Below the pieces are notes generated by a model, which was not told where the DNA came from, did no database searches, and saw nothing but the letters and a program-made list of their open reading frames with translations. This document shows positions 14,301-26,739 of a stretch of DNA of 64,000 bases, piece by piece. The stretch spans positions 2,108,001 through 2,172,000 of the forward strand of contig MU054323.1 in the NCBI GenBank assembly GCA_013239625.1. The letters run 5' to 3'. Positions within the stretch are counted from its first letter, which is position 1. Every line of letters starts with the position of its first letter. A program made the translations under genes and the position numbers. Source of the DNA: Lama guanicoe. Its lineage: Eukaryota.

Positions 14301-17300
14301 CAATAGGAGCCTTCTTATTCGAAATTAGTTAGTTACATGAAAAGTTGATTAAAGAAGAAAATCATAAATAATCGTATGCAACACAAAATTATTATTTGAA
14401 TTTAAAACACAGAAAATGTTCACTCATTTCCCAACTTCTGATATAAAGCCGAAGGCTTGTCTTTGTTGTTTGAGTTCACTTAGAATTTCACCTTACATTA
14501 CACTCAAATTATATAGTCTATGATTTCTAGCTTTTGTGTCTTTAAAATGGAGTCAAAATTTAAAGCCACTTGCAAAGCACTGAATATAGACACTTTTTAG
14601 ATTTTTATATTTATTTTTAGTATCTGACTGTTGTTTTGAAACTTTATTCAACTGTAAGTTTCTAGTGATTTGCCTTCATTTAGTTTTTACAAAGCACTCA
14701 GCTTACTTTTCACGGAAATTCTCTTTCTCTGTATTCATATTTCATTGGTTTGCATTATGATGAATAACTTCTATTACGATTATCAACAAACACAGCTCAC
14801 AGACACACACAGATTTCATCTGGTTCCCTTTGTTGCCTCCTGTGTCCCCCAAGCCTGGAATAAAGCCTGGCACATACTAGGCATTCAATAAATATATGTT
14901 AAATAAATGTTACCCAGTGCATAACAGAACAGGTGGGAGCAGAAATGCCAGAGGTAGCTTAGAGGGGATACTGCCCGTCTAGTGCATTCGCATGCTGTGG
15001 GCATCAGTCACCACATCTTGCAAAAAGAACGGAGAATCAGTTAATACAGCAAGTCTATTAGGTGATGGTATGTTACGAGTGCTTCTACTATACTTTGATT
15101 AAACCTGTAGTGTAGCAAAAACTCTTCCTTAATGCCGGTATAAAACTGAGCACACCATCTAACTTACCTCTAGGAATAAACGCCCTTCCTCCAAGTTAAC
15201 CTGTAACTAATTTAACTCCCTCTTGTCCGGAGAAGGTTTGTGAAACATCTGAAGCTGTTTCTGTGGGGGCCCCGCTCTTGAAGAGTGATTAGTAACATGT
15301 CCTGTCTTCAGTGTTCCTTAGCACATTTGGAATCAATTAAATATTCAAATATAGATTCTCTCAGATCTCTGGCCAGGCCCAGCAGATTTGGGAGAGAGGG
15401 AGGTGAAGGCAGATCACCGCTGTTCTTCCTGCCAGAATTGATAGCTGGAGAGAGACTTAAAAATACACTCTCAGACTTCCTGGGTCTGTAAGCAAATAGT
15501 CCCACAAGATTAGAAATGATCTGGAGAAACAACAGGAGCCTTTTTAAGAAACAGGAGTAACAGTTTACACAGGAACTGCCGCTTTACACTGTGTCTTAAA
15601 GACAAGTAAGTGAACATATCCGGATGTTGCATAAGTACAACAGGATAGCCCGCATGAGCCAAGCATGGTCTTTATGTTTTTAAAGACTTGTTCAAAAAAA
15701 TATGTAACAGAGACTGCATGTGACCTAATAATCTTAGGTATTTACAATCTAGCCTTTTTAAAAAATGTTGCTGACCCTTGATTTAGACAGAAGCTCAGAG
15801 AGGTTAAGTAACTTGCCAAGGTCACAGAGAGAACTAAGCAGTGGAGTCGTTCATCAAACCCAGTGCAGTGGTATATCTAAGCAGTGAAATGGCTTTCCCA
15901 GTTAAACGCTACTTAGAACCCCACTGTATAAAATAGTTACTCTGAGTGAATTTGAGGCAGAAGACCCAGAAATCTTACTCCTTTTCAGAATAAGCTGCTT
16001 GAAATAGAAGTCAATGTTTCAAAAGATTAAGTCAATAATCAACAGGAAAATGGGTTTCCAACTAAAATTATTCCATTATCTGGCACATCACATGCTTCTT
16101 TTTAACAATATTTTGCTAAGGGTGAGTTAGTATCAAAGTAACAGAATTGCTTTTTCTTATTTCCTTGCCCAGTGAAATAGAAGTCAGCAGAAGGGGGAAA
16201 GAAGAGAGAAGCAAATGGCTTAAATAATCTTCAAAATCTAATATATACAGTTATATATACTACGGCTGTTAGTCCTCAGTTCCAACAAACACCGAGTGGG
16301 AAGGACATCTTCCAAATGGCAGCTCATTTTACCTTGATAGTTGGTGTTTCCAGATGAGTTTCTAGTTTTTCATCATGATAAATTAATATATCCTATTTTA
16401 TTACAGTGCCACAAGCAAGAACTCCGAAAGCTCAACTCTTACAAAAGGCCCAAATCCCCTGAAAAGCATCAGGTATCAAAATGCAGCCAGAAAAGATGGT
16501 ATTAAATGGAAAAAAAAGAAAAAGAAGAAGAAAAAGGGCTCCTTTTTAATGAAGTCGAGGTGTAGGACAGATTTATTAGCTTCCATTTTTCCAGGTTGCA
16601 TTCTGATGTATTTCCTGCCCATATTTCTAAATTCAGCAGGTCTCTTTGTAGGGTTATTTTTTTAAAAATATGTTTCAAAGAACATGATGCAGCTCTAACG
16701 ACTACACCTGCAAGGACACACCTGTGATGATACAAACACTAAGTGTTTCTCATATTCGCAACCCAGCACTCTAACAGAAAACAGACCTTCTATGTGAACT
16801 GCCAAGATCCTGCCATTCCTATAAAGAACTGATACTGTAACCAGATATTAGTCTTAAAAATAATAACCAATCAAGGATTACCCCTGACCAAAATGGTCAT
16901 TAAATTCAGTGTAGTTCAGTCCATCCCTTACTGTTACTTCTTTTCTCAATATTACAGTTAAGACAAATAGTTAAGATTATTATTTTTTGTTGTAACACAG
17001 ATGCCTACAATATTCCTACTTACTTAATACTCCTGCTTACTCAATATTCCTACTAAATAATAGCAAAAATAATTGAGTAATAATTACTTATTATTTATTC
17101 AAATATCATTGAATGTCTACTGTGTGTCAGGTACTGCCCCTGATTCTTGAGGAAGGAAAACTAGTAAGAATATAATAAAAGAATAAAATCTTTCCCTGGA
17201 TAGTTCCTAACCCAACTGTCCAGCTGGGCTTGTGAACAAATAGTTAGCACACTAAGTTTCTAGTAAATCTGCCAAGATCAATGAAAACAAAGTAGAGTGA

Positions 17301-17494
17301 GAACTGGTTCCTCCTCTAGGTATTAAGACAAAGAACACACTTGATGGGCACGCACGTTAAAGGCTAAGTAGTATTCCCAGGGAGAAAGAGGATGTTCCAG
17401 ATTGGAAGAACAATATAAGGAAAGGCCCAGATTCAAGTGGGTGGCTGGTCTATATTGAGGACTGGGTTATATACAAAGGAATGGGTGGGGGTGT

Positions 17495-17674
17495 ACTGTC
17501 CAAGACATTAGTAACCCAACCTATTTAAATTGAAATTAACATTAAATAATATTAGAAATTCAGTTCTCAGTCATATTTTAAGAACTCAGTAAACACACGT
17601 CTAGAGTCTACCACATTGGACAGGGCAGTCAGAATCATTTCTATCACTGCAGAAAGTTCTATTGGACAGCACTG
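17495..17674. mobile_element. hAT-Charlie MITE (MER3-like)
   Basis: ctgtccaa...catttctatcactgcagaaagttctattggacagcactg terminal pattern. Confidence 0.75.
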
Positions 17675-18120
17675 AGAATAAGAGTACAAGGCAAGCCTGT
17701 GGCCAGTTCATGGAGTCTCAAAAGCATACTAAAAAGTTGAACTAGAAATGGTTTAGAAACTACTGAATTCCACAAAGTCCCTTCAGGAATAGCCTTGGAG
17801 GACTCCATCCTCACAGCACTGCCATGACCTGTCTACCCATCCAACTTCCACATTTGAGTAAGTCTTCCTTTGAAGAAAGAAATTCTGTAGCTTTAAAAAA
17901 AAAAAAAAAGGAGAATTGGAAACCACCACAGGTTTTTAAGCAGGGACATGGCACCGTGACACAGGCATGGGTTTTAGAAATATTACTTCTTAAAGCAGTG
18001 CAGGATATGTGGGAAGAAAAGACAGTGAGCATACGGGGATCAGTACAGGATAATGGGATAAAGGATTAATTTCAGTGAAACTTCTGAAGAAATACACAGT
18101 TAAGAATTTGCATCAGTAAA

Positions 18121-18126
18121 TTTATT
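18121..18126 (-). terminator. RDH14: Probable RDH14 polyadenylation signal AATAAA
   Basis: tttatt on the + strand about 425 nt past the stop codon, at the end of an AT-rich 3'UTR-like stretch. Confidence 0.7.
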
Positions 18127-18550
18127 CCAAGTAAGAATTACACATTCACACCAGGCATATTATTTCCACACAAAAACCAGCATTATGATTAAAGTACTGA
18201 ACACCTTAAATATACCATAAACTCAGATAATATTTAATCTATTTTAAATCACTGAATTCTTTAGTATTTGTAATCCATGCTTCAATTATAATTCTTAAAA
18301 TATAACTGCATCACTCAGTATAATTATTCATATGCTTATTATATATATATTTAAATTATCTTTTCTGAAATTTTAGGTTCTTCAAAAGTAACCTTTTAGT
18401 AACTTCAAAATATCCACATGTACCTCTTAGCAGGACTACTGTAAAACCAAAATTGTGTTTTCAAGTAGCAAGTGCCCAAGCCACACCACTCCTGATCAAA
18501 GACAGAGCAGACATCCAGTTTTATAAATAGCTCTCTTCCACTCCTTGTTC

Positions 18551-19168
18551 CTATTTTAATATGCCAACCATTACTTCACTGATATCCCAGAGTTTTCTTG
18601 CAACAGATTCATCCATAGCTTTGGGCAATAGTTCTTCCTCTTTACAGTCTCCAAAGTACTTTCCTGACACACCTTCTACCTCAGGTGAAGAGGCTAAATA
18701 AATCGAAGTCTGCGCACCTTCTAGTGGAGTTTTGAAAAAAGCCCATGACACCAAATTGAAAAGTGGTTTGACCAACAGTGGGATGTGTATGTGTCTCCCA
18801 AGGTTAGTCCGCACAATGCCAGGGTGTAAGACATTGACAGTGACGTTCGTGCCTTCTAAGCGGCGGGCTAATTCTCTGGTAAAAAGAATGTTAGCCAGTT
18901 TGCTCCGACTATAACAGAAGCTTTTATTATAGCTTTGTTCACTGTTCAAGTCTTCAAAGTTGATGTCTCCGTATTTATAAAGTTTGGAGGAGACTACCAC
19001 AATCCTGCTGGGAGCTGAACTTTTCAGGAGTCCAAGGAGAAGATTGGTGAGTAGAAAGTGCCCCAGATGGTTCACTCCAAACTGCATCTCAAACCCATCT
19101 TCAGTCTTCATGTAAGGGCACTGGAAGATTCCTGCATTATTGATCAAGACATCCAGTCGAGGCTCTTC
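18551..19168 (-). CDS. RDH14: RDH14 coding exon 2 ([13 protein letters not shown]...YSRSK...VMVGILK*)
   Basis: Acceptor tttaaag|, phase 0; SDR NNAG and catalytic YxxxK (YSRSK); total protein 336 aa. Confidence 0.97.
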   Translation of the reverse strand, partial: EEPRLDVLINNAGIFQCPYMKTEDGFEMQFGVNHLGHFLLTNLLLGLLKSSAPSRIVVVSSKLYKYGDINFEDLNSEQSYNKSFCYSRSKLANILFTRELARRLEGTNVTVNVLHPGIVRTNLGRHIHIPLLVKPLFNLVSWAFFKTPLEGAQTSIYLASSPEVEGVSGKYFGDCKEEELLPKAMDESVARKLWDISEVMVGILK

Positions 19169-20924
19169 CTTTAAATGTCAAAAAGGGAATGGCAGAATTG
19201 TGAACACAGGCCTTAAATGTGCCGAGAATAAAATTTTAAAAAATTCTTGCAAACTACTAAAACGCCTCTGAGTTTTCAACAATCGAGAGAAAAGAAGATG
19301 ACGACTTGCATGCTTACTGGGGCCTGACCTCGTGCTTTTCATGTTACCTCATCTATTCTCAACAACTCTATAAGCAAACTGCAGCACCCAGTACAGCATC
19401 ACAGGACACCTAAGTAGCAAGCAAAAATCTTAAAATGAAATCTGAAATGGATGTCCCTGTTCTTAATTAGTAAGCTAGCGTGCTCCTCTAACTGGGATTT
19501 TCAAACCGCAGCTTGACAGCCGATGTGAGCTAGAGTGGAACTACAGCAGAGAACAGGTCAGCACTGTTTATGCCCAGAGCTACTAGTATCAACACCAGGG
19601 GCAAGTTAGGGTTGCTTTATTATGCAGTTTTCTAAGGGGAAATGGCACCATGGGGGTGGAGCAACTTCAAGTTGTTTCCTTAAAACTGGGACAAGCAATA
19701 GAGAGGCTCAGGGATGCAGATTAAGACTGGAGAGAACATCGTGAATAAATCAAAGAAACAATAAGAAACAAATTAAACAGGTAATATAAAAATATCAGAA
19801 ACAACCCCATGAATCATACATACTAAGTTTCACAATAACAGCAAAGGAGATGAACAGAGGAGGTAGGCCCAACAAACACCTTTAACTTCTACGATTACTC
19901 CAGAATTCACAACTCTGTTTTCCCTATAAGAAATCTCTCTCTTCCAAGCTTCCAGGGGCCAACTTAGGAGATCCACACAGTCAGAATTTTGCATTTTGAC
20001 CATATCTTGCATCTTTCCAGATTAAAGTCCTAACGTTTAGACTGTCCTCAAAGGGAAGTCTTTTCATTCCTTAATTCATGTAAGCTGGTTTTCCGTCGTC
20101 CTTTCCTGGCTCCCCTGTCTCTTCTGATGGGCAGAGAAAAAGAAATGTACTACACATTCCAGGTGTAAAGACACAGTGATGACCCACAATTAAATACATC
20201 TGAGGTCAAATTTCAAATATCATTGGCTCTTCTGCCAAGTATACGTGAAAAGAAAAATGTGTTAAATTTCACAACTGCTATCAGAGCCTACCTGTCAGAG
20301 GATTAACTATTTCTCATTCTGTCTGTCTAAGCACCTTTTGCTTTTCCAATAGTCAACTTCAAAAAGAAGGCAAAAGTTCACCCGTGGGGGAAAGAAAGGA
20401 GTGTTCTTTTCAGTAATCCTTTGGAAGAGTTTCCTGTATTAATCATTTCTGAGCCATCATTCTTTGCTGGGCTTGTGTTATTTTAAGACTTTATCATTTA
20501 CTGTTTTTTAAAATCTAGGAGATAAATGACATAAATACCAAGAATACCAACCTGTGGGAAATTTACACTTCCACTTTTTTTTTTTTAAATTCTGGTTATA
20601 GTCACTGAACTACTGAACTTCAGAGCACAGAAAGAATACATACTTAGAAGCAAGAGCAACTTAGTTATCTCTTTATCACCTTAACTTTTAATTGGTTCTG
20701 TCTCAGGTGGCCAAAGTAGTAAAACAAACAAACAAACAAACAAACAAACAACAAAACATAGGTATCAAGGAATAAATATATCCAGTCCCACCTACATTTT
20801 TAATGAAGAATAGGAAGACCCACTTTTGATTCTACCAATATCTCTTATACACTATTATTTCTTATTTCTTAACCTATTTTACCTGATAATGAGCCATAAA
20901 AACAAAACAAAACACCCTGTAGAT

Positions 20925-21492
20925 CTGTAACAGTTCCCAAACTGTGCATCAAGGTGCCCTAGGGAGTCACAAGGAACTCTCAGGGTGATTTGGGAGTGAT
21001 CTGGAGTATTTTAAATTTTCAAGGGAAAGAAAATGATACTCTGTTCAATATCTAAAAACTACAAGCTCCAGGTGGTTCACAGCTTCGACATCATAGTGTG
21101 CTATATTCCTTTTGATGATGTCATATCTTTGCAGGGCTGACTTTTTAGCAGTTGCTATAATAAAATCCAAGTACAATGTTAAAATCGACATAGAACAGAA
21201 ATAAGGGTGGCTATGTTCCCATCTGATTTCAAAGTCTGACAAGTTGGAACAGTGAGCAACAGACGCACATTTCCCATTAGTATACTTATGGTTATAATAA
21301 TTATGGTGATTGAAAAATGAAAAAAAAATCCTTTTTTCTTTCAGCTATGTATATTATTTTTTCAAACAGCTACCAAGTTGTTGCATAAATAATTATTAGG
21401 TTGCTTGGACCTAATTACTTAATAAATAAACTGTAGATATTTCCTTTGGCCTAAGGGCATCATGAAAAAATTAGAAAGTTTGAGAACTTCTG
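20925..21492. mobile_element. hAT-Charlie non-autonomous element in the RDH14 intron
   Basis: Termini gttcccaaact / agtttgagaacttctg; flanks ctgtagat / ctctagac resemble the Charlie NTCTAGAN target. Confidence 0.65.
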
Positions 21493-21689
21493 CTCTAGAC
21501 TCAAGAGACTCCTTTTCCTATAGGCTCCTTTTCTGTGCCAACTAATTTTAAACATCACTCTTGCCTTCTTGGAAGTCACCTCTGCAGGAAATCCTTCTAC
21601 CTCAATTCCAACAGAGGACATTCATTTCAGTGGAATATTTACTATCTAAACAAAGAAATCCTGCACGCTCACTGGGGCAGGCAGTAGGA

Positions 21690-21940
21690 CTATAGGTGTT
21701 AAAAGCAAGGACTTTAGAGACAGGTCCTGGGCAAGTTACTTAGCCTACGTATGCCTCAGTTGCCTTAGGTTGTAAAATAGGGATAATAATGCCTACCTCA
21801 CAGTTACTGTAGTAATGGATGACAGTAAGGACCACGGTCACTTTAGTTTCAATAAAAAACTTTTTTTTTCAAAGTATCTGAAATGCTTGGAACAGCCCCT
21901 GGCACATGGCAAACCTTAAATAAATGCTAGATGTTATTTT
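21690..21940 (+). mobile_element. MIR SINE
   Basis: Core gggcaagttactt...cctcagt...tgtaaaatagggataataatgcctacctcacag. Confidence 0.7.
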
Positions 21941-22525
21941 TATTTCAGGAACCGTTTAGAGCATATGACCACTGGCATTCCAAGCTCCAGTCTATTTGGA
22001 AATTAGGCCAGAGTCAGGTTAAGGATGGCACTAATAAGTTCACTGGTGGCAGAAAGCTAAACTTCCTACTCCAGCAGGGGGGAAAACAATAATAATTGCT
22101 TTAATAATTGGCTAGCAACTTCCCCTACGTGCTCTCATGCTCTTTGAAGAGATGGCTTGGTGCAGATTCACTTTGGACAGAAGACAAACAATCCAGAGAC
22201 CTGGCGGATCTCCTCCTGGGCTGTCCTCACATAACAAGAGGAAATGTTCAGAAACTCGCTTATTTTCCTCTTGGGTCCATTTTCTTCTCAACATTCTTGG
22301 AAGACAGAAGACTGTCCTACCAATTTTTCCGGCCTCCAATTCCCAAGCCGCCTCAATCATTCGATTGTTTCTACTCCTAACCTCAGTCATTCCCAAGGTC
22401 ACACCCCCTCGACTCTGGGCGGTCCCTTCTCGGCTCAGTCCCCGGCCCTCCAGGCCTCGCGCCGCCCTCCCAGGCCCCTGGCCCCTCCCCCGATCTCTAG
22501 CAGGCTCCCCGGCCGAGCCGCACAC

Positions 22526-22918
22526 CTGGAGCATCTCCTGACAGAAGGCGCGCACCGAGCGCAGCGAGGCGAGGTCCAAGTGCTTGACGACAAGCTCACC
22601 GGCCCCGCCGGAGCTGGGCCCTGGCTCGGGGCCCCCGGCCTGGCGGAGCTCGCGGCGGAGCTGACCGGCCGCCTCCTCGGCGCGCTCGAGGTCCCGGCAG
22701 CCCATGATCACTCGCGCCCCCAAGCGCAGCAGCTCGGCGGCCGTGGCGCGGCCCAGGCCGCTGTTCGCCCCCGTTATCAGCACGGTCTTCCCGTGCATGA
22801 GGCTGGAGTGCTCGCTTCCGTGCAGCCGCTGGACGCTGGGCCCCAAGAACCGCCGGGCCGCCAGCCACAGGGCCCCACCCAATGCGGCCAGTAATGCCGC
22901 CACAGTAGCCACTGCCAT
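22526..22918 (-). CDS. RDH14: RDH14 coding exon 1 ([23 protein letters not shown]...TGANSGLG...FCQEMLQ)
   Basis: ATG at 22918 (GCTATGG context), hydrophobic N-terminal anchor, SDR Rossmann motif TGxxxGxG, donor CAG|gtgtgc, 393 nt. Confidence 0.97.
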
Positions 22919-22956
22919 AGCCGCCTGGGCTGAAGGCCCACCGGCCCCTGCGCGGG

Positions 22957-22964
22957 ACTTCCGG
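22957..22964 (-). promoter_or_regulatory. ETS/GABPA motif CCGGAAGT
   Basis: Exact consensus about 40 nt upstream of the RDH14 ATG, within the CpG island. Confidence 0.65.
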
Positions 22965-23050
22965 AGTCGCCACGCGCCGGGGGCTGGGACTGCCACCGGT
23001 ACGCAAAGAACTCTGGGGCGCTCACTGTCGTCCCCTGACGGCAGCGTGGG

Positions 23051-23070
23051 GCATGCTGGGATTTGTAGTC
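23051..23070 (-). promoter_or_regulatory. ZNF143/THAP11-type motif GACTACAAATCCCAGCATGC
   Basis: Close match to the ACTACAnnTCCCAGnATGC promoter motif, about 130 nt upstream of the RDH14 ATG. Confidence 0.8.
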
Positions 23071-23086
23071 TCCCTTCCAAGGGCAC

Positions 23087-23096
23087 CTGATTGGTT
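23087..23096 (-). promoter_or_regulatory. CCAAT box (AACCAATCAG), NF-Y
   Basis: Consensus NF-Y site just upstream of the ZNF143-type motif. Confidence 0.65.
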
Positions 23097-23483
23097 AGGA
23101 GAGTTCAGCGCCTGGCTCGTGGCGCCTCGGTGGATCCGGCTCCCAGCCTGAGTGGAGGGTGAGGACGGGCCCTCGGTTTTCAGTTTTCTGAGGTCCCTGC
23201 CCATGGAAATCCCAGAGTGGTGGTGGTCTTCCTCGTGGGAATGCCTAATGAATACTTTGAATTTACAAATCTCTTTATAGGCTGCTTTACAAATCCCACT
23301 CTTCAGGGCTGGCTTAGTGTGCGTTTCCATTAAGGACTCTTGGGGCTTGTTAACCCTCAGTTCAGTTTACCTTCGTCCTCTGGAGAATGGTGCCTGCCGA
23401 ACTGAAGTCTGAGGAAAGGCTTTTTTCCCCCCACAGATGACTCTAAGAACTTAGAAACTTGAATCCGTTAGAAATAGAACGGA

Positions 23484-23727
23484 CCGGTGGTTCACAGACT
23501 TTGGTGTCGCATCGGAATCACCTGCAGGAACTGTTAAAAAAAAAAAAAGAAAAAGAAAGGAAGAAAGAAAGAAAGAAAGAAAGAAAAGAAAGAAAGAAAT
23601 TTCAGGGCTCAGGCACTGGAGTTTTGAATATATTGGAGTTCAAGACGAAACCTGAGAATTTGCATTTCTAGCAAGTTCCTAGGTGATTCTGATGTTGCTG
23701 ATCTGGGAACCACGGTTTGAAAACTGA
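23484..23727. mobile_element. MER5A-like MITE with internal A/(GAAA)n expansion
   Basis: gcatcggaatcacctg...gaatttgcatttctagcaagttcctaggtgattctgatg...gaaccacggtttgaaaa. Confidence 0.8.
23535..23599. repeat. Poly-A/(GAAA)n microsatellite
   Basis: Directly visible. Confidence 0.95.
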
Positions 23728-25089
23728 AGGCCCTTGTGCATTGGTCCCTATATAAAAAGTCATCCTTAAATGGTCTTATTTGACACTGGCAGAGGTACAC
23801 TGGGAAAAGCTTGGACTTACTGTAAACACAGACTTAATGGGCAGGACCATTCACAAGTGTCTCCCCACAGCCTCCCGGAGAATATTAAATGTAACAACGA
23901 AGGGAAGGAGTTTTTTACACTGTAAAATGCTTCAGAAATGTCAGGGGTTATGGTAACAGCATCAACCTTCAGGCTGCAAATTTCATACTTTAGACCAAGC
24001 TACTGTTAAGTTGTCATACATTCATCTACCCGCCTCCCCATCCATTATGTGACAGGCCCTGTGCCCTGTGAAAGTCACAAAGAAATAGGGCAACATTTCT
24101 ACCCTCAGGGTGTTTACTGTCTGGTACAGAGATCTACTCTGCCCCACCCCCCATTCTAGAATCTTTAGGACAAGAGAAGAGACACACAACTTCCATAGTT
24201 TGAAATAAGCTCCCTAGAAAATTCTGATAAACTCTCCTCCACTCCCTTATATTTGGGAGTGATATGCAATACAAAGTCACAATACAAAGAAAAGGGATAT
24301 AATGCCAGAAGGTTTCTTATGAGTGCTGAGAATGGAGCTCAGAGAGAGGAAGGGGCACTAACATGGAGGATTAGACATGGCACCAGAAACAGAAATCATG
24401 AGGGGTAGGCCTTTATTCCACCCTGTCTGTAACCTGAAGCTGCTTCTCCAACTCACTGAGCCAGAAGCACATGCTTTCTCTCCCTCTTCCTTTCTATCCA
24501 CCCACCTCTTTCCTGTCCTTCAAAGCCCACCTCAGTTCTCTCCATTTCCTGACCACTTCCAGCCCATACAGATCTCTGTTTCAGCCTCCTGTGTGACCCT
24601 CACTTGGCGCTGAGAACAAACAGCCCTCTCTAGTGTGGGGTATGTGAGCTTGCACATTTGACTTCCTCTAAGGAATTGTTAAAAGTTTTAAATTTTCTAA
24701 AGGATAGGATTATGTCTGAGTCTCTCTTGTGGTCTTTATATTGGGGAATGCTTAGAAAACAGTAGGTACTCAATAAGTGTCATGAATGATATATTTTGTA
24801 CAGGCTTACATCAAATCAGGAAGCAGATCGAAAGATATGTGTCAGTAGTGGTCTGCTTTAATGAGAACCAGGGGTGGAATATGTCTATGTGGGTGAGGTA
24901 GGGATGGAGGTGGGGGTAGAAGGAGCAAGAGAGGGTGTGAGGAAGAGTGGAGGAGTCCCCTGACCTACTGTGTAACTGCCATGTAGCTTAAGCATAAAAT
25001 GTAATGTGATGACTCATTTGTTTGGGGTGGGTCCTACAGCCATGGAATTAATAGCAACTCAATTTGGAAGGCTCTATAACACAGAGAAA

Positions 25090-25325
25090 ATAGACAACAG
25101 GTAGATTTTGAAGTAAGACCTGAATTTGAATCTTTATCCTACCATTTATTATCCTTGGATAAACTAGTTAATCTTTTTGAATCTTAGGTTCTTCATTGAT
25201 AAAAAGGAAAGTAATCATAATATTATGTCACAAATGTTTGGTTTGATGAAAAAATGAGGTAACATGTGAAAATAACCAGCTTACTGTTCCTAACATTATA
25301 GCAGATTATGGTTAATATTATTATG
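25090..25325 (+). mobile_element. MIR SINE
   Basis: agacctgaatttgaatc followed by a degenerate MIR core. Confidence 0.55.
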
Positions 25326-25997
25326 AATCAATGTTTTTTGAAATCAAGACAAAAATCACAACAGAATGACAACAGTGAATGAACCCACTAAACAAGCTTC
25401 AGAGAACCCTTCCAGAGGTTCTGTCTGGAGTTCATCTTAGATGAATAACCTATATGAATAACCAGCTCCTTTATCTCTAAATGGGCAATGTCAAAATTGG
25501 TATACTCCAATGCAGGTGGAGTAACATCTTCATTTTTGCCACGATTAAAAGACTAAACGTTTACAGAGGCAACAGACCGAAAAGCTCCAATTTTCAAGAG
25601 TTTGCTTAACCCTACTCTTTCCACCTACGAAAACCCGCTATTCTATAATGACGATGGGTAATGATTCATTATGGCTACCAACATCCAAAAATGAGCAATG
25701 CTTTGTAAAACTAAGTAGGCTTCTGACATAGCCCTTTAAGCATTTAAGCATTCAAGTTTTAAACTTATACTAAAAATTATCATTATGACTTACACACAAA
25801 AGTAGGTGCAATGGCATCACCAGCACTCACAGCTCCAAGAGAAGTAGCTTGAAGGTAACTTGAGAGTTCAAAATGTTTTCCAAAACTCAAGAGAAACACC
25901 TTTCCAAATGAACAAAGTTCTGAAGTCTAATCTACTGAAATACCTAATTACCCTAGAGATCCACATGAAGTGGCTCCTGTAAGACCAGACTCACTGC

Positions 25998-26003
25998 TTT
26001 ATT
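25998..26003 (-). terminator. NT5C1B: Candidate proximal NT5C1B poly(A) signal AATAAA
   Basis: AATAAA begins 15 nt after the stop codon; usage unverified. Confidence 0.4.
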
Positions 26004-26017
26004 TCTCCTCCCCATTC

Positions 26018-26350
26018 CTAATTGTTCATTTTTAGATTAAATCCATAAGGTACATGAGCTGCGATGGTCCCAAGTTTCTGTGCCCCTTCAATGTGGAACA
26101 TGTGGTCATCAAAGAAGATGTGAGGCCTTATCTTCACCAAGATGGGACCTTTGGGGGCTCCAGCAAGGAAAAGAGCTTCGTCTATCTCTAGACCCCAGCG
26201 GCGAAGGGTTTTCAGCACGCGGGCGCCTGAACTGGCTGCACTCCTGGCTGTAACCAGGTAGGTCCTGATGGGGCAACGTAACCGTTCGTCTTTGGCATAA
26301 AACTTCTTTTGCAGTCTGCCTAAATCTTCCAGAAAGCCTTTCAAGGGACC
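26018..26350 (-). CDS. NT5C1B: NT5C1B exon 10, last coding exon ([11 protein letters not shown]...LVTARSA...PHIFFDD...[14 protein letters not shown])
   Basis: Acceptor ttttacag|, 333 nt to the TAG at 26020-26018; cN-I motifs LVTAR, GAPK and FFDD. Confidence 0.96.
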   Translation of the reverse strand, partial: GPLKGFLEDLGRLQKKFYAKDERLRCPIRTYLVTARSAASSGARVLKTLRRWGLEIDEALFLAGAPKGPILVKIRPHIFFDDHMFHIEGAQKLGTIAAHVPYGFNLKMNN

Positions 26351-26739
26351 CTGTAAAAGGAACATATGTCACAGCTGTGATGCAGTGAGCAAAAGAAAGT
26401 GAAGGCGAAAAAGGCAGATGTTTATAAGAACTTATAAAAGTGTAAATAATACTGCATGAGACATGGAGTACAGGCCAGTGGTACAATGCTGAGACTCCTT
26501 CCATTTATGTGATTCTATTTCCTTACATAAAACCATCCTTGCATTCCTAGAATAAACATAGGGTGACCATATAATTTATCATCTAAACACAAATATTTTA
26601 AGAGTAAAAGAAGTTCCTGTGAAGTTGAACCAGTGCAACAGACATAAACTATGCTGGGCAAAATGGGATACTCTAAATAAAGTTCAGTTAATCATCAAAG
26701 CACTACTCTTTTAATGTACTTTTTGTGAATTTTACATTT

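Larger units (their letters stand above)
22400..23180. promoter_or_regulatory. RDH14: CpG island over the RDH14 promoter and exon 1
   Basis: Visibly GC- and CpG-dense compared with the CpG-depleted flanks. Confidence 0.9.

Noticed and set aside
17007..17056. Short tandem repeat (aatattcctact-like x3); similar 2-copy duplication at 12651-12686
   Set aside because: Ordinary local slippage duplications with no spacer structure; not CRISPR-like
22112..22525. RDH14 exon 1 frame running on about 137 codons into the intron
   Set aside because: Clear donor at 22525; the extension has no recognisable protein features and would lack the catalytic YxxxK
22919..23086. 56-codon in-frame GTG-initiated N-terminal extension of RDH14
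   Set aside because: It overlaps the CCAAT/ZNF143 promoter motifs and so probably begins upstream of the TSS; the ATG at 22918 gives the expected 336 aa; stop-free frames are common in GC-rich DNA
22137..23090. Plus-strand ORFs of 128-216 aa antisense to RDH14 exon 1
   Set aside because: Shadow ORFs of a GC-rich coding exon and CpG island
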